NCBI GenBank assembly: GCA_964016885.1
Contig: OZ024749.1
Location: 12,276,001 to 12,340,000, forward strand
Direction: 5' to 3'
Source of the DNA: Eledone cirrhosa
Lineage: Eukaryota
DNA length: 64,000 bases
Made by a program: the position numbers and the translations under genes. Positions within the stretch are counted from its first letter, which is position 1, and each line of letters starts with the position of its first letter. Under the pieces are notes generated by a model that was not told the origin of the DNA, did no database searches, and worked only from the letters and a program-made list of their open reading frames with translations. Shown piece after piece: positions 1 to 12,600 of the stretch.

Positions 1-177
1 ATCCATGGCGTTCGTTGAATGGTTCTCAGCTGCTGTTTTTAGCAGTCATTTGGTCCATTCACATCATCATGGGCTCTATACTTATACTAGTTATCTAATA
101 GATTTTTAGAAGTGTGGATCATATTGCCATCAACAGTAAGAATTTACACTTTATTTGTAGTGAAACATGTTATAGAG

Positions 178-481
178 CAGAGGTCACCAACCCCCGGCCA
201 GTGAAGGCCTTTGTCCTGCCCACGAGGGTTCTAAAAGGGGTACAGTTTGCAATAAATTCGCACCCGATCTATCGATATTGCCAAATAAAACAATGTTTAA
301 ATCTATTTTTCTGCTTGGGACAGCTCTAAGTATCAATATTGAATTTTATTTCAAATCTAACATAAGGGATAAATAAATGATTACTTATTTGTATATAAGT
401 AATATTAATTGTGCATCCGGCCCGCAGAGCCACCGCTGCATGGCTATCCGGCCCGCGGACCCAAAAGGTTGGGGTCCCCTG
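178..481. mobile_element. hAT (Charlie-like) MITE
   Basis: Imperfect TIRs CAGAGGTCACCAACC / GGTTGGGGTCCCCTG, subterminal ccggcccgc motifs, and 8-bp flanks ttatagag/ttatagtt as a degenerate TSD. Confidence 0.75.
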
Positions 482-769
482 TTATAGTTATAAACAGATG
501 GTTTGTACATTTTAATATATTCTTTTAAATGATATGTATTCTCCATTCCGTTCATAGACAATATGTTTTTTCACCCTGGTGGTATTCTATCCCCTATAAT
601 TGAACACATACATCTTTGTATATTTTTCTATATATACTGTCTCATAAATAGCCCAGAATCTATTCCTTGAGCTCATTAAATTATAGGGCAGGTAAAATTC
701 CCAAGATTAGTTCTCTTTAGTGGCTGATAATACCTTATTGGCGCCACTCAAATAAGGTAATTATTTAAC

Positions 770-925
770 CCATAAATGGGGCCCTAACAGGTACTACTAC
801 TCAGGGCCAGAGCAGACCTGGGAGTGATATCAGCTAAGGGGTAACTCCACATTGCCCACAGTTCCTGAACTCCCAAACTGGAGCCTTGCCACTGGATGTA
901 GTTTAATGTCATACCCAGGACCCTT
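770..925 (-). repeat. Interspersed repeat fragment (octopod-type SINE/LINE tail)
   Basis: Resembles, from memory, an abundant octopus repeat (ctgggtatgacattaaact...actcccaggtc...gtagtacctgttagg). No second full copy in the window. Confidence 0.45.
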
Positions 926-1338
926 AATAATAAATTATGTCGGATAATAGGGGATAAAATTTAGTGTGTGAGGCTCCTAAGAAGCAGGTACACCTGTTGA
1001 AAAACTCCTGCGTCTATTATGATTCTTCACATTTTTTTTATAGTGAAACATAAAATATATATATATATATATATATTAAGTATGTGTTGTATATATTATA
1101 CCAATATATGTATAGTGTATATCGTTATAGTGGAGGTATGTACAGCTTGATTATTTTATTAATTTGTATTTACCGCTCCATCTGTAGTTTTTATCTGCTT
1201 CACCAGGGTAGAACTTTATTCTCTATTACCTGACATACTTTATGTGTCTTCTCTCATTGCTATGATTTATAATGAGCTCGGTCTCTCTTCCTTGATCATA
1301 GGGGATTTATTGTGAGATTCTAACTCTTTATTATATAT

Positions 1339-1656
1339 ATGGCTTAGTGGTTAGAGCATTGGCCTTGCAATCGAAAGGTTGTGAGTTCAATTCTCAGACA
1401 GGGTGATGTGTTGTTTCCTTGAGCAAGACACTTTATTTCACACTGCTCCAGTTTACTCAGCTGTAGAAATGAGATGATAGGGACTGTAAAGTGATCATGT
1501 AGGTGCCATGGCAAAAAAGCACCCAGCACTCACTGTAAATGAGGTTGGTGTTAGGAAGGGCATCCAGCTGTAGAAATCAAGCCAGAATCAGTTCCCGTCC
1601 CACTTTTGCAAGCAGGGAAAAAGCGAACGTAAAATGAAATGAATGAAATGAAATGA
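1339..1656 (+). mobile_element. tRNA-derived SINE family A (RTE-type 3' tail)
   Basis: Box A tggcttagtgg, box B gagttcaattc, shared core, and RTE tail ending ...ggaaaaagcgaacgtaaaatga. Six copies in the window. Confidence 0.9.
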
Positions 1657-2180
1657 TATATATATAATAAAGAGTTAGAAAATTTTATTTTTAATTCTAT
1701 TTTATATATTTTTTATTCCCTTGACTACCATTCTGTATATGCTTGTGATTAGATTTGTTATAGACTCATCCTTTACCTAGATGTCCCAGATATATTATAC
1801 TTTCCATTAAGTAAATACTCTATCGCATATTTACCATTAACTATATGTATATTTATTAGATTGTTTTCATATTCCTTGACTTTAGCATTAACCTCACTAG
1901 TATGGAGAACTAGGAATACATGGCATATATTTCAACACCAGCTGGCGGTGGGGACCCTTCTAGCTGCACCTGGGGCGCCCAGGTCTGTCCACCTCTTGGA
2001 GTGCTTGGAAATGAATTAAATTTCCCGTTTCTATGTTATACCGTAATTACTCGGAACAGCCTTTGGGCCCTGTGTGTGTTGGGGGTCACCATTTTCAGTT
2101 GTTGTTAACCGCCATACCATACTAATAATATAACATTGAACTACGAGAGGAACCCAGATCAGATAGTGACTTAGCTTAGC

Positions 2181-2385
2181 TTAACCCTTTACCATTCACA
2201 TTACTCTATATATACTATTATATTTTCATGGTAAAGGCTTTACCTCACATAATATCGAATCTATGAAATTTTGAAAGTATTTATTTTGAGAACAATACCT
2301 TAACATCAGTTTGAGCAACCAGTTACAGCCAGTTTCAACAGAAAGAGGTAGAGAATTCTGGCCGGTTTTAACATTAAAGGGTTAA
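2181..2385. mobile_element. TTAA-target (piggyBac-like) MITE, 1 internal 60-bp unit
   Basis: TTAA|CCCTTTA...TAAAGGG|TTAA. Four copies in the window. Confidence 0.85.
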
Positions 2386-3119
2386 TTAACATTGTGTTAT
2401 TTGTTTACTAGGACCCTGATTTACACAACTCTATAATTAGTATCTTTAACTTAACTAGTTTTTCTAATTGGTAATTCCCTAGCATACGGTATTTCACCAG
2501 CTATGTAGATTCTACTTATTTAATTAAATTTTAAACATTTTTAAACATTCAATTTTAATTTTGATTGTAATTTTTAATTCCTAAAATTAACCCTATCTTT
2601 GACTTCTAAACAATTTTAACCTCAATTTTTCTACTTGATATGTTCCTAAATTTCCCCCCATCCTGTCTGTCATATACTTCTAGTAAATGTATAGACCTTA
2701 GCTTGACTCAGGCAGCTTACCATTATCTCTAACACAATATTCTTCGCCTCTTCTCTGGCCTGCTGTCCAAAGGTTGTTAGAATGGAGAGGTAGTAGTAAT
2801 TTGCCCAGTAGGCTGTACTTCCCCTACCCACTTAGCAAATTAACAAGTAAGATAATTTACTCAGAGACGAAGAGGCATGATAACAACATGCTGACTCGTT
2901 CGTCTCTGGATCAAGAAACATAAACACACTTTTTCTTCTGTTTTTTCTCTGCTTGTTTCTTTAAAGTTTACCTTCTTTCCATTGGTATACATCTATTACG
3001 TAATTTACACCTGGAGATGTTACCAGGACATATCTGGATCGAAACCAAAATTTGTTTATAAAGCTTTTGTTATCCTCCCTTCTGTACTCGTCTGAAATTT
3101 GGACATGTTATAAATATCA

Positions 3120-3880
3120 CATCAGACTCCTGGAATGATTCCACCAAAAATGGTTACGTCATATTCTAAAAATAAAATGGAATTCATTCACTCCTGTTTC
3201 TGATGTTTTAGCTGCATCTGGTATTTGTTCCATCCAGGCAATAATTCTGAAAAACCAACTGCGGCGGTCTGGACATATTGTCCGCATGGCTGATGAATAT
3301 ATCTCCAAGCAACTATTTTATGGGGAACTTACTCAGGGAAAAAGGAAACGGAGCAAGCCAAAGAAGAGGTTCAAGGATGCATTGAGGGAGAACTTGAAGA
3401 ATGTAGGAATCAATCCCCAAAACCTGGAAAGACTTGCAGTGGATCGTTCTACATGACACTAAAAAATATGGGATGGTGTGAAAACTTTGAGCAAAATAGA
3501 GTAATGCAAGTAAATATTATGAGGAATATAAGGAAAAAAACAACCAGTAAGTGAATATGAAATTAATGGGACTTTTTCTACTTGTACAGTTTGTAGCAAA
3601 ATCTGCCTGTCAGAAACTGGACTTCAATCTCACATGAGAGCACACAATAGGACACTTCCTAATGACTTCAGAACATATCAACCAGTTCACACTTATCAAT
3701 TCCATATATGTCACAAAATATGCAAATCTAAAGGAGGTCTAAAAGAGACATTTCAAGGTTCATCAAGAACAGACAACTCAGGCAGTTGAAGCTACTCTGA
3801 TCTAAGGTGCAATTTATGTGAACATTTAAAAAGTATGTCTGGTCTAAAAAACCACGTGGGTTTTCATGCCAGAACTGAGA
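3120..3880 (+). pseudogene. RTE (BovB-like) LINE ORF2 3' fragment with three C2H2 zinc fingers
   Basis: Disrupted frames read QLRRSGHIVRMADEYISKQLFYGELTQGKRKRSKPKKRFKD, then CTVCSKICLSETGLQSHMRAH, CHKICKSKGGLKR..H and CNLCE..SMSGLKNHVGFH. Confidence 0.75.
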
Positions 3881-4653
3881 TCCAGACAACCGTCACACAC
3901 ACACATTTATATATATAATTATGGAACGAAGCTTATCAAATAGCATCGACACAGCTTCGGCCGTTTCCTCACTCACTAATTTAATTAAGTCCGTATTATG
4001 AGAGTATCTTCATCAGCCTACCCTCGTAATTCTATGATACAAAACTGTTCTATGTAAGAACCTTTGATAAGTTATCTTCCAAACACCAACTTAACCCTTT
4101 TGACACCAAACTACCAGAAACCAACAGCTAATTCTATATATAATACAAAATTTGAACCTAACCGATTAGATGACTTCCTGTGGGTGGTGTGCGTGTGTGT
4201 ATATATATGTATATATATATATATATATATATAGGAAAAGTAAATAACAAGGAATAGTTACGAAAGGTGTTAGGTATTAGGTTCACGCTTGAGAGTGAGG
4301 GATGGGGGCAACATTTCGGGCATAAGCTCTTCATCAGGAGAGGAGTTCCGAGAGGGTGTGATGAGGGAGTGGTGGGAAAACATTAAAATAACACATGACT
4401 GGGACACTAAGTTGAAAACAAGTGGTGAAAGGGTGTGAGGTGTGTAGAGGTGGTGGTGGGTGGATGGAGGGGGAAGTGAGAAGGAAATGGGGGCCCGAGC
4501 GGAAGGTAGGGGTGTGTGTGTATGCGTGGATGTGAGTGTGAGAGTTTGGGGAAGAATGAGGTTCCATGCTCAGGTATTAGGAAAGAAAACCAGTGTGTAC
4601 ATGGGGTGGTGTGTAAATCTGTCTGTGTGTGTGTGTATTGATATATATATATA

Positions 4654-5217
4654 TATCAATAAAACTCAGAGGCAATATTAATTTGGTTTTGGTTTATTAA
4701 AATCCGTAATGTACATTTCACTGAGGACTATCAGTTATGACAGCCTGAGCTTCTCAAACGGTAAACCTATAAAACAAAATATTATTTAAAAAAACCTTTA
4801 GATTTGGAAAAGGTTTATTTTTGTTGATATAGGGGACCGCCGGACGTGTGATGTTATTTCCTCAATGGTCGGTAGATTCCTCAGGCGATAGATTGGCAGT
4901 ATCGGTAGAGGGTCGGACGCCATGCTTTCCAGCATAGTTACGTCCCTTTACGATCTGAGTTCAAATCCCGCCGAGGTTGACTTTGCCTTTCATCCTTAAG
5001 AGGTCGATAAAATAAAGTACCAGTAATGCACTGGGTAATTTGCTGGCCTTGTGCCAAAAGTAGAAACTGTTATTTCCTCAATGGTCGGCCCCTAAAGGTT
5101 TTTTACTGTTTGAGAAGCTCAAAGTGTCAACTGCTAGTCCTCAACGAAATGTACATTATGGATGTTAATAAACTAAAACCAAAACCAAATGAATATTGCC
5201 TCCGATTCTTATTGATC
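4654..5217. repeat. Diverged inverted repeat (probable Penelope-like pLTR ends) interrupted by SINE B
   Basis: 4654-4770 is the reverse complement of about 5092-5217 (atcaataa..gaggcaatatt..ttggttttggttt..aatgtacatttc..gaggact..gagcttctcaaac). Confidence 0.6.
4873..5067 (+). mobile_element. tRNA-derived SINE family B with 21-bp TSD
   Basis: ttggcagtatcggtagag...gagttcaaatcccgccgagg...gtgccaaaagtagaaac. The flanking direct repeat tgttatttcctcaatggtcgg is at 4852-4872 and 5068-5088. Confidence 0.88.
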
Positions 5218-5376
5218 CGGCTTACAATTCTATATAGGTAGTTGAGCGCTTTACCTTTATCTACTTCACATCCGACAGACCATTAAGTGGAACGCAAACC
5301 CTTGTTCGATTAACTCCTTACTATAATATTTATATATATATATGTGTGTATATAGAGAGATATAACGGACATTTAT

Positions 5377-5979
5377 GTCAGGTCACCAGTTGGTGCTACT
5401 GGTAACATGTATCCCAGTACAACCTGTCTCATGGTCGGGTCATTGGCGACTAAACCGGCAACCCCACTAAGGTTTCTTGGTGAGGAGGGTGACTTTGGAC
5501 ATCCTACAGGACTAAAAACAAAACCTGTCAAAGGACAGAGGAGCTCTTAAGAGTCAATGGCCATCCAAAATCACCGGGAGAGATGACCCCTTAGCCTTTG
5601 TCAAGGCAGAATTCTAGGAGAAGGAAAACTCTGATATAACACCTGCAACCCTGATGGTATCCAATGATGTTGACTTGTTCTTCTTTTTGGTAAATATCAT
5701 CTTGGTTAAGAGAGTGGGACTGGCTTTGTGCAGTGCCTTTGCTCACTATAAAAGCTTCACGGCACAGGCATTGCTTTGTATCTGGAGATCTCTCTGCACT
5801 TGTCGTCACATGGTACCATATACACTATGTGTCAATAATTGTCACAGGTGTAGTATTTGTGCCAGAGTTTTCAAGTCGCTGGCTGGACTAAAAAGTCACA
5901 CTCGTTCAGCGCATTGGTAGGGGTTCTCCTACATGGATATAAAGTAGTGGCCGTACTCGAAAACGAGTTGGCAGCCACC
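5377..5979 (+). mobile_element. Short non-autonomous RTE-derived retroelement
   Basis: 15-bp TSD ataacggacat(t/a)tat at 5362-5376 and 5980-5994. RTE-like 5'UTR motif ggagaaggaaaactctg. The 3' part encodes CSICARVFKSLAGLKSHTRSAH. Confidence 0.75.
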
Positions 5980-6526
5980 ATAACGGACATATATATATAC
6001 ATGCATGTATGTATATATGTGTGTGTGTGAACAATTTATTATACTGTATTCATCGGAAAAAGGAAATATTTAAAATGAGATAATGGAGGAAATATATTAA
6101 AAATATCAAATATCATAGCAACAACTATTTATTTAGTAGAAAGCTTATTTTATATAGATATGTTGTTGATATTGTGAATATATGATGGAATTTACCTGAT
6201 TCCTCATAAAACTTGTTGCTTATTTCAAGAAAGATAACTCTGGCAACATACACATGCGTACATACACACATATACATACATAATACACATACGTACATAC
6301 ACATACATACGTACATACACACATGCGGATTGTATCGTCTTCACAGACGATTGCCGTCTTTTAAGAGTTATGTTTTCCGGAACTAGTTCTACACATAGTT
6401 GCATATAAAAATAAAGGACAATTTTAAAATGTAATGAAGTAGTAAAAGTTGTTTAAAATTTTAAAACGGCCAATTTAAAAATATGTGTGCGTGTGTATAA
6501 ATAATTACAACAGTGACATAAACAGG

Positions 6527-7413
6527 AGCACTACAACGTTATTAGCTGTCAGTCGAAAGCAGCCGATGAAAGCAAAACATCGTTTATTTCCGTATTACTA
6601 CTACGCGTAAGTGGAGTTTTTTATTTATTTTTTATTAAAGCATATAGATGTAAGTGGAGTTACTTAAATGAAAATATAGGTGGCCCTTAAAAGGGACAAA
6701 TTAGAAAACAAGTCATGGTTATCAAATAAATTGGATTTAATCATTTATATTTTCATAGTCATGGTTATTAATGTAGAAAACAAGTCATTTTCACCAACAG
6801 TGGAGTTAACTTAAATGAAAATATAGGTGGTCCTTAAAAGGGCCAAATTAGAAAACAAATTTATGGTTATCAAATTTTTTTCACCAACCTTATTCAAAAG
6901 CATGGATACAGTCCACATGGAGACAAGAGACAGTCCCCATGGAGATTGATGGTATCTGCTGTAGTAGCGGTAGCGATGGTTAATTCCATTAACAATTTGG
7001 CCCTTTTAAGGGCCACCTATATTTTCATTTAAGTTAACTCCACTGTTGGTGAAAATGATTTGTTTTCTACATTGATAATCATGACTATGAAAATATAGTT
7101 CATGGTATTAGCTGTCAGAAGTAACTCCACTGTTGGTGAAAATGACTTGTTTTCTACATTGATAACCATGACTATGAAAATATAAATGATTAAATCCAAT
7201 TTATTTGATAACCATGACTTGTTTTCTAATTTGGCCCTTTTAAAGGCCACCTATATTTTCATTTAAGTAACTCCACTTACATCGATATGCTTTAAAAATA
7301 AAATGCGTGAAAACTCCACTTACGCGTGGTGATAGTAATACGGAAATAAACGATAACGAATGACGTCACCTTCGCCTGCTTTCACGACTGACAGCTAATA
7401 GCGTTGTAGTGCC
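6527..7413. mobile_element. Foldback-type non-autonomous DNA transposon (Merlin/MULE-like)
   Basis: Long TIRs of about 330 and 420 bp with modular subrepeats around a spacer of about 130 bp. Ends are (A/G)GCACTACAACG. Flanks taaacagg/taaacgtt are a possible degenerate 8-bp TSD. Confidence 0.8.
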
Positions 7414-7678
7414 TAAACGTTGGATTGTAGACCTGAACTCATTCAATAAAAATAAAGATGGCCGCTGGAGGTTGAATTTGGTTTCCTTTCAGAAATATGA
7501 CTTGAGAGGTTAAACAAAGGCATGTAATTTAGAAAATAGCTAATTTTTTTGAAGGGGTGGGTGGGTCCAGAACCCAACGAAACTGAAGTACCCATTTATG
7601 TCACTGTTATAATTATTTATGCTAAACTCGTCCTATGGACTGAGTGTTCTTACCCTTGAATATTTCTACCAAACTTTT

Positions 7679-7716
<38 letters not shown>

Positions 7717-8182
7717 CGAAGGAATTGTGGTAAGGAACCAGATGGACCATAACGCACCAGAGTATTCAATACTTAGGGTAGTAGAGAGGGAAATAGGAAA
7801 AGGTATGACCCCAACGGCTTGAGCTTTATATATATATGTATAATTCTTTGCTTAAACTTTAATCTGTTGTTTTAATAAATATTTGCTCTATGGTTTTATA
7901 TATGTTTATATATATATTATCCTTATCGAGCCCTCTTCGGATTTTAGTCTTTACATTTATTATTATTACTATATATATATTTTCAATCAAATATATTTTT
8001 ATTGTTTGACCCGAATTACTTGGTCGTTACTTGGGCTGTGCGGATGTTTTGTTTAACCATCGTCTCAGTGTGTTTGGCCTTTAACGTATGTTGTAGCTCT
8101 GGTTCATCTGAATCATCGAGCGCATGCCACACATCTCGGAAGTTGTTTTTCGTTAATTCCTAAGCCGAAATACGATTCTCGC

Positions 8183-8213
<31 letters not shown>

Positions 8214-8216
<3 letters not shown>

Positions 8217-8393
8217 TATACTTGGGGAGGGTCATATTTGTGTAATATTGCCAGAATTAATAACGGAACACACTCACTGTTTGGTTGGTTTTCGCCTCTC
8301 GCGTCTTTTATATCGGTAATCTAACTTACTCGGTCCTCAATGTTGCCATTGACTGGCAATATTACACAAATATGACCCTCCCCAAGTATAACA
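8214..8393. repeat. Perfect 41-bp inverted repeat from a dispersed repeat family (probable Penelope pLTR)
   Basis: Arms 8214-8254 and 8353-8393 are exactly complementary. The same family occurs at about 38645-38790 and 59186-59235. Confidence 0.75.
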
Positions 8394-8435
8394 ATATTTG
8401 TTTCGACACACGATTTCATATAAAAAACCTCGCAA

Positions 8436-8476
<41 letters not shown>

Positions 8477-9105
8477 CTAGTTGAATTACCCGCGCCTTGC
8501 GTTTCACGCATTTTTTTTGTAAGAAGATGATTGATTTTAAATAAGGGGTATAATTTAAGGAGAAAAACTCTGCATTTCAATATTATTCAATGTAAAATGT
8601 AATGCATGAAAAATTGGAAAACATTATTTTTTGTAATATATGAAATCAAAATTACATTATTAAATCTTATTCTTATTTTGTTTCTTGTAAATAATTTTTT
8701 TAATTCAAAACTTTTTATGAATAGGCATCATATCTTGTCATTTACCTATGGTGTAAATTTCATATAAATAGAAGGGAAAATTTTGTCAGCAGGGGTTTGT
8801 GCCTCCGGGGAACCCTAATAGGGGGTTTATCCTCCATTAGGGTGTCTTAATATTATTGAAATTTCCTGAAATATTGTAATAGGCATCATATCCTATGGTT
8901 TAAATTTCATATAAATCGAAAGGAAAAAGTGTTCAGCGGGGGTTTGTGCCCTTGGGGAACCCTTTGATTAAAATGAAATATAATTATCCAAGTACCCTGG
9001 GCAATGTAGTTTCAGAATATATATGGTTATGGGGGTCTAGCTCCAAAACCATAGGAGTAGTTCGTGAAAAAACAAACAGATAGGAATACAACTTTAGATA
9101 TATAC
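8477..9105 (-). mobile_element. Non-autonomous Helitron-like element
   Basis: Minus-strand 3' end cgcaaggcgcgggtaattcaaCTAG|t with a GC-rich subterminal segment. Internal duplication of about 90 bp (8720-8817 and 8878-8962). Confidence 0.55.
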
Positions 9106-9336
9106 ACCTAATGGGGTACATACATTTAAAATAAAGTATCTTTACTTACATAAATCTGCTGAAAGCAGAGAAAGCTGTTTGTTGTCGACAGTGATTGACT
9201 AAAATACGTATTCAAAGAAATGTGTTAATTTTAAGAAAAATACATAATCGTTGATAAGCACACGATCTCATAAACTACTAGGTCATGTAACAAAGTTTAA
9301 ATAAATAAATAAATAAATGAGTATGTATGTATGTTC

Positions 9337-9579
9337 TGTGGGTCTGGTGTGGCGTGCGAGGGGAGTGCTCGACCGGAAGGGGTTTTTGGCCGGAAGGATG
9401 CTCGACCGGAAGGGCCAGCAGAGGGCCTCTCTCTAGTGGTGACCAGCACACGGTGTGGACGCGAGTTTTGGGCAGCTCCCGGTGTTAAGCAGTCGGACGC
9501 ACGTGGAAGAGGAGTACCTGCAGTGGAATTTAGCGGCGCCTGTGAAAAGCGGTAAGTGAGATAGCTTTTTCTAACTACA
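9337..9579 (+). repeat. 5' LTR
   Basis: tgtgggtctgg...ttttctaactaca. Identical to the 3' LTR apart from indels. Confidence 0.92.
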
Positions 9580-9634
9580 AGCTATTTCGGCGACTGAAAA
9601 AAAAGAAAACACTTGCCGCAAAACAAATCAGAAG

Positions 9635-12600
9635 ATGGCGACAAGACTACGGATGAACGAAGCTATCAGGGCATTCACCGGGTAAGGTGATGTTGTCACT
9701 TGGCTGCGGAAGGTTCGGCTGGTCGCAAGCTTGCAGAAGATAGAGGACGTGGCTGGCCTCATGGCATTGTACCTCAAGGGCGACGCGTTGGTACTCTTCC
9801 TTGAGTTGGACGAACACAGCCAAAGAGATGTGCAGAAGATTGAGAGGCGTCTGATGGATGCATTCGCCGAGGGACCGTTGGCGGCTTTTGCTAAGCTGGC
9901 GAGAATCAGGTGGAATGGTGAGCGCGTCGACATTTTCGCAGCGGAAATAAGGCGGTTGGCTATGTTGGCCCGTTACCAGGCGGAATGCGAACACACGGTG
10001 CGGTTGGCGTTCATCAATGGATTTCCGGACGACATAGCGGTGAAACTGCAGCAAGTCCCAGGGTACAAGGAGATGGAAATGCGTTCACTGGTGGAACAAG
10101 CCCGGATCATAGCGGAAGATGCCAAAAAGAGTGTTGCGGCGATAGCAACTACGGAGGCTCAGGACACCTGGCAGCGAAATGGTGAAAGGGAGGCAACCTT
10201 GGCACGCGGCCGTCCGCGTGAGTTTAGGGGGCGCTGTTTTAGGTGCCAGGGCCCGTATATGGCTAGAGACTGTAGAGAGTCGAAGCCGGAGATAATTTGC
10301 TACCGGTGTAAGCGACCAGGCCACATCGCTACTAACTGCGACCAGGGAAACTACTGCGCCGGTAGTTGCCCCTTACGAGTAGCGGCGCTGCCCGTGGTGG
10401 AAGTCTTCGTGAGGGGGAAGCCACAGCGAGCCCTCGTGGATACGGGCTGTACGACGACACTGGTGACCGCGGGGGTGGCGCAGAGGTGGGGAGGGAAGAG
10501 CAGCATAAGAGCAGTCGACGGCAGGAAAATTGAATGCCGAGGTCGCAGCGAGATGGAAATAGCGGTACGGGGAAGGAGGATAAGGCTTTCCGCCATCGTG
10601 GTAGACAGTGTGGTGGATGGGATTGGCGTGGTTATGGGCATGGACGCGATTGGCCGTCTAGGGGGCGTCACGGTGAACAATGTCGGTGTGTCGTTTGGCG
10701 CCGCTGCATCGGTATGCGCTGTGAGTGCACGTCATGAGAACCAGCAGGCCCACGAGGAGGAATACCCCGCTTACACTGTACAGGACAAAGACTTCAAGGC
10801 CGTGTTTGATGGGCAGCGATGGGTTGTTGAGTGGTACTGGAAGGGAGAACCACCAACACTGAAGACCAAAGTGGGCTGCTATCAACACACATTGAAGGGA
10901 AACGCTAGGAGCGAGTTCGAGCGAGAAGTAGAGAGATGGATCGAAGAGGGCAAACTGCTTCCCTGGAAGGAGGAGGTGAAGTGCGGAGTACTGCCGTTGA
11001 TGGCGGTGGTGCAACCCACGAAGAGCAAGGTGAGGCCGGTGCTGGACTATCGGGAGCTGAACGAGCACGTGTCATGCCACACGGGTGGCGAGGTCACGGA
11101 TGTCTGTGGGGAAACCCTGCGTGAGTGGAGACGCATGACGGGGGGTTCAGCGATCGTGGATCTAAAGTCGGCTTACTTGCAGTTGCATATAGCTGAGAAG
11201 CTCTGGCGGTATCAGCTGGTCAGGTATAAGGGGCGGACATATTGCCTGACCAGGCTCGGTTTCGGGCTGAGCTCCGCACCGAAGATCATGGCGGCGGTCC
11301 TCAAAACCGCTCTGGGGAGGGCCGACAAGATAAAGAGGGCTACTAACTCCTATATTGACGACATCCTAGTGGACGAGTCGGTGGTGTCGACGGCGGAGGT
11401 CACGAGCCATTTGCGGAGGTATGGACTGACTGCGAAGCCATCAGAAGCATTGGAGGGAGGAGCCGCGCTGGGACTTAGGCTACGGCGAGATAAGACGGGC
11501 GTTTTGGTGTTCCAGAGGGGAAACGAAGTTCCGGAACTGGGCCCAAGTATGAATAGGCGGGAGCTTTTCTCGGTGTGTGGAAAGCTGGTGGGTCACTACC
11601 CGATCGCTGGGTGGCTCCGGACGGCATGCAGCTATGTCAAGAGACGAGCGGGAGGGGTGACTTGGAGTGACAGAGTGGGAGAGAGAACGGTGGCCATGAT
11701 GCAGGAGATCGTGGGGAGGGTCATTGAAGGACGCTGGTACGTTCCCAAATCACAGAGCGGGACCGTATGGTGCGATGCCAGCAGCATAGCGCTGGGTGTC
11801 ACGTTGGAGATAGGTGTTGAGGTCGAGGATGCAGCCTGGCTTAGAAAGAAGGACGACTGCAGCCACATCAATGTGGCCGAGCTGGACGCGGTGTTGAGAG
11901 GGGTGAACCTCGCCCTGTGGTAGGGGCTGCGCACCATCGAGATACGCACCGACTCGGCTACTGTACTCGGATGGGTAAGATCAGTGCTCACCAGTGAGAA
12001 GAGAGGCGCGGCGGAGATGCTGATAAAGCGCTGCCTGGAGAGCTGGCCACCGAGTTCGACCTGAAGCTGAGCATAGTGTTCGTGCCCTCAGAGAAAAATA
12101 GGGCGGACATCTTAACTAGAGTGAAGAAAGCCTGGATGGAAGCGCTGGAGGAGGTAGAGGATGAGATAGCTACCGTGTGTTGGCTGACCGAGTTAGACCT
12201 GAAGGGGTTGCATGACATGCACCACATGGGGGTGGATAGGAGCCTGTTCCTAGCCAGGAGAATCGACTCGGACGTTAGCAGACACAGTGTTCGGGGGGTG
12301 GTGAGAGGCTGCGTCCGATGTCAGTCCATTGATCCCGCCCCGGGTGTACACGAAACGGGAAGCCTCCCGGTGGATCGCGACTGGAAGCGATTAGCGGTGG
12401 ATGTGACGCACTACCGGCAGGGAACGTACCTCTCGATGGTCGACTGTGGACCAGGTCGAATGGCGATATGGAGGGAGATGAAGACTGGAACGGCCGAGGA
12501 AATCGTGCGGACGTTGAGAGAGGTGTTCTTGGAGCGGGGCCCTGTGGATGAACTGCTGATGGACAACAGCGCAGCGTTCCGCTCGGAGGCACTGAGGGAG

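Noticed and set aside
4305-4345. Hammerhead-like motif CTGATGAAGAGCTTATGCCCGAAATGTTG (minus strand)
   Set aside because: The core boxes are present, but stem I partners and a proper stem III/cleavage site are not. Treated as a decayed Penelope pLTR.
6529-7411. CACTA/EnSpm assignment for the foldback element
   Set aside because: CACTACAA is present, but complementarity extends further out and no 2-3 bp TSD is seen. The superfamily is left uncertain.
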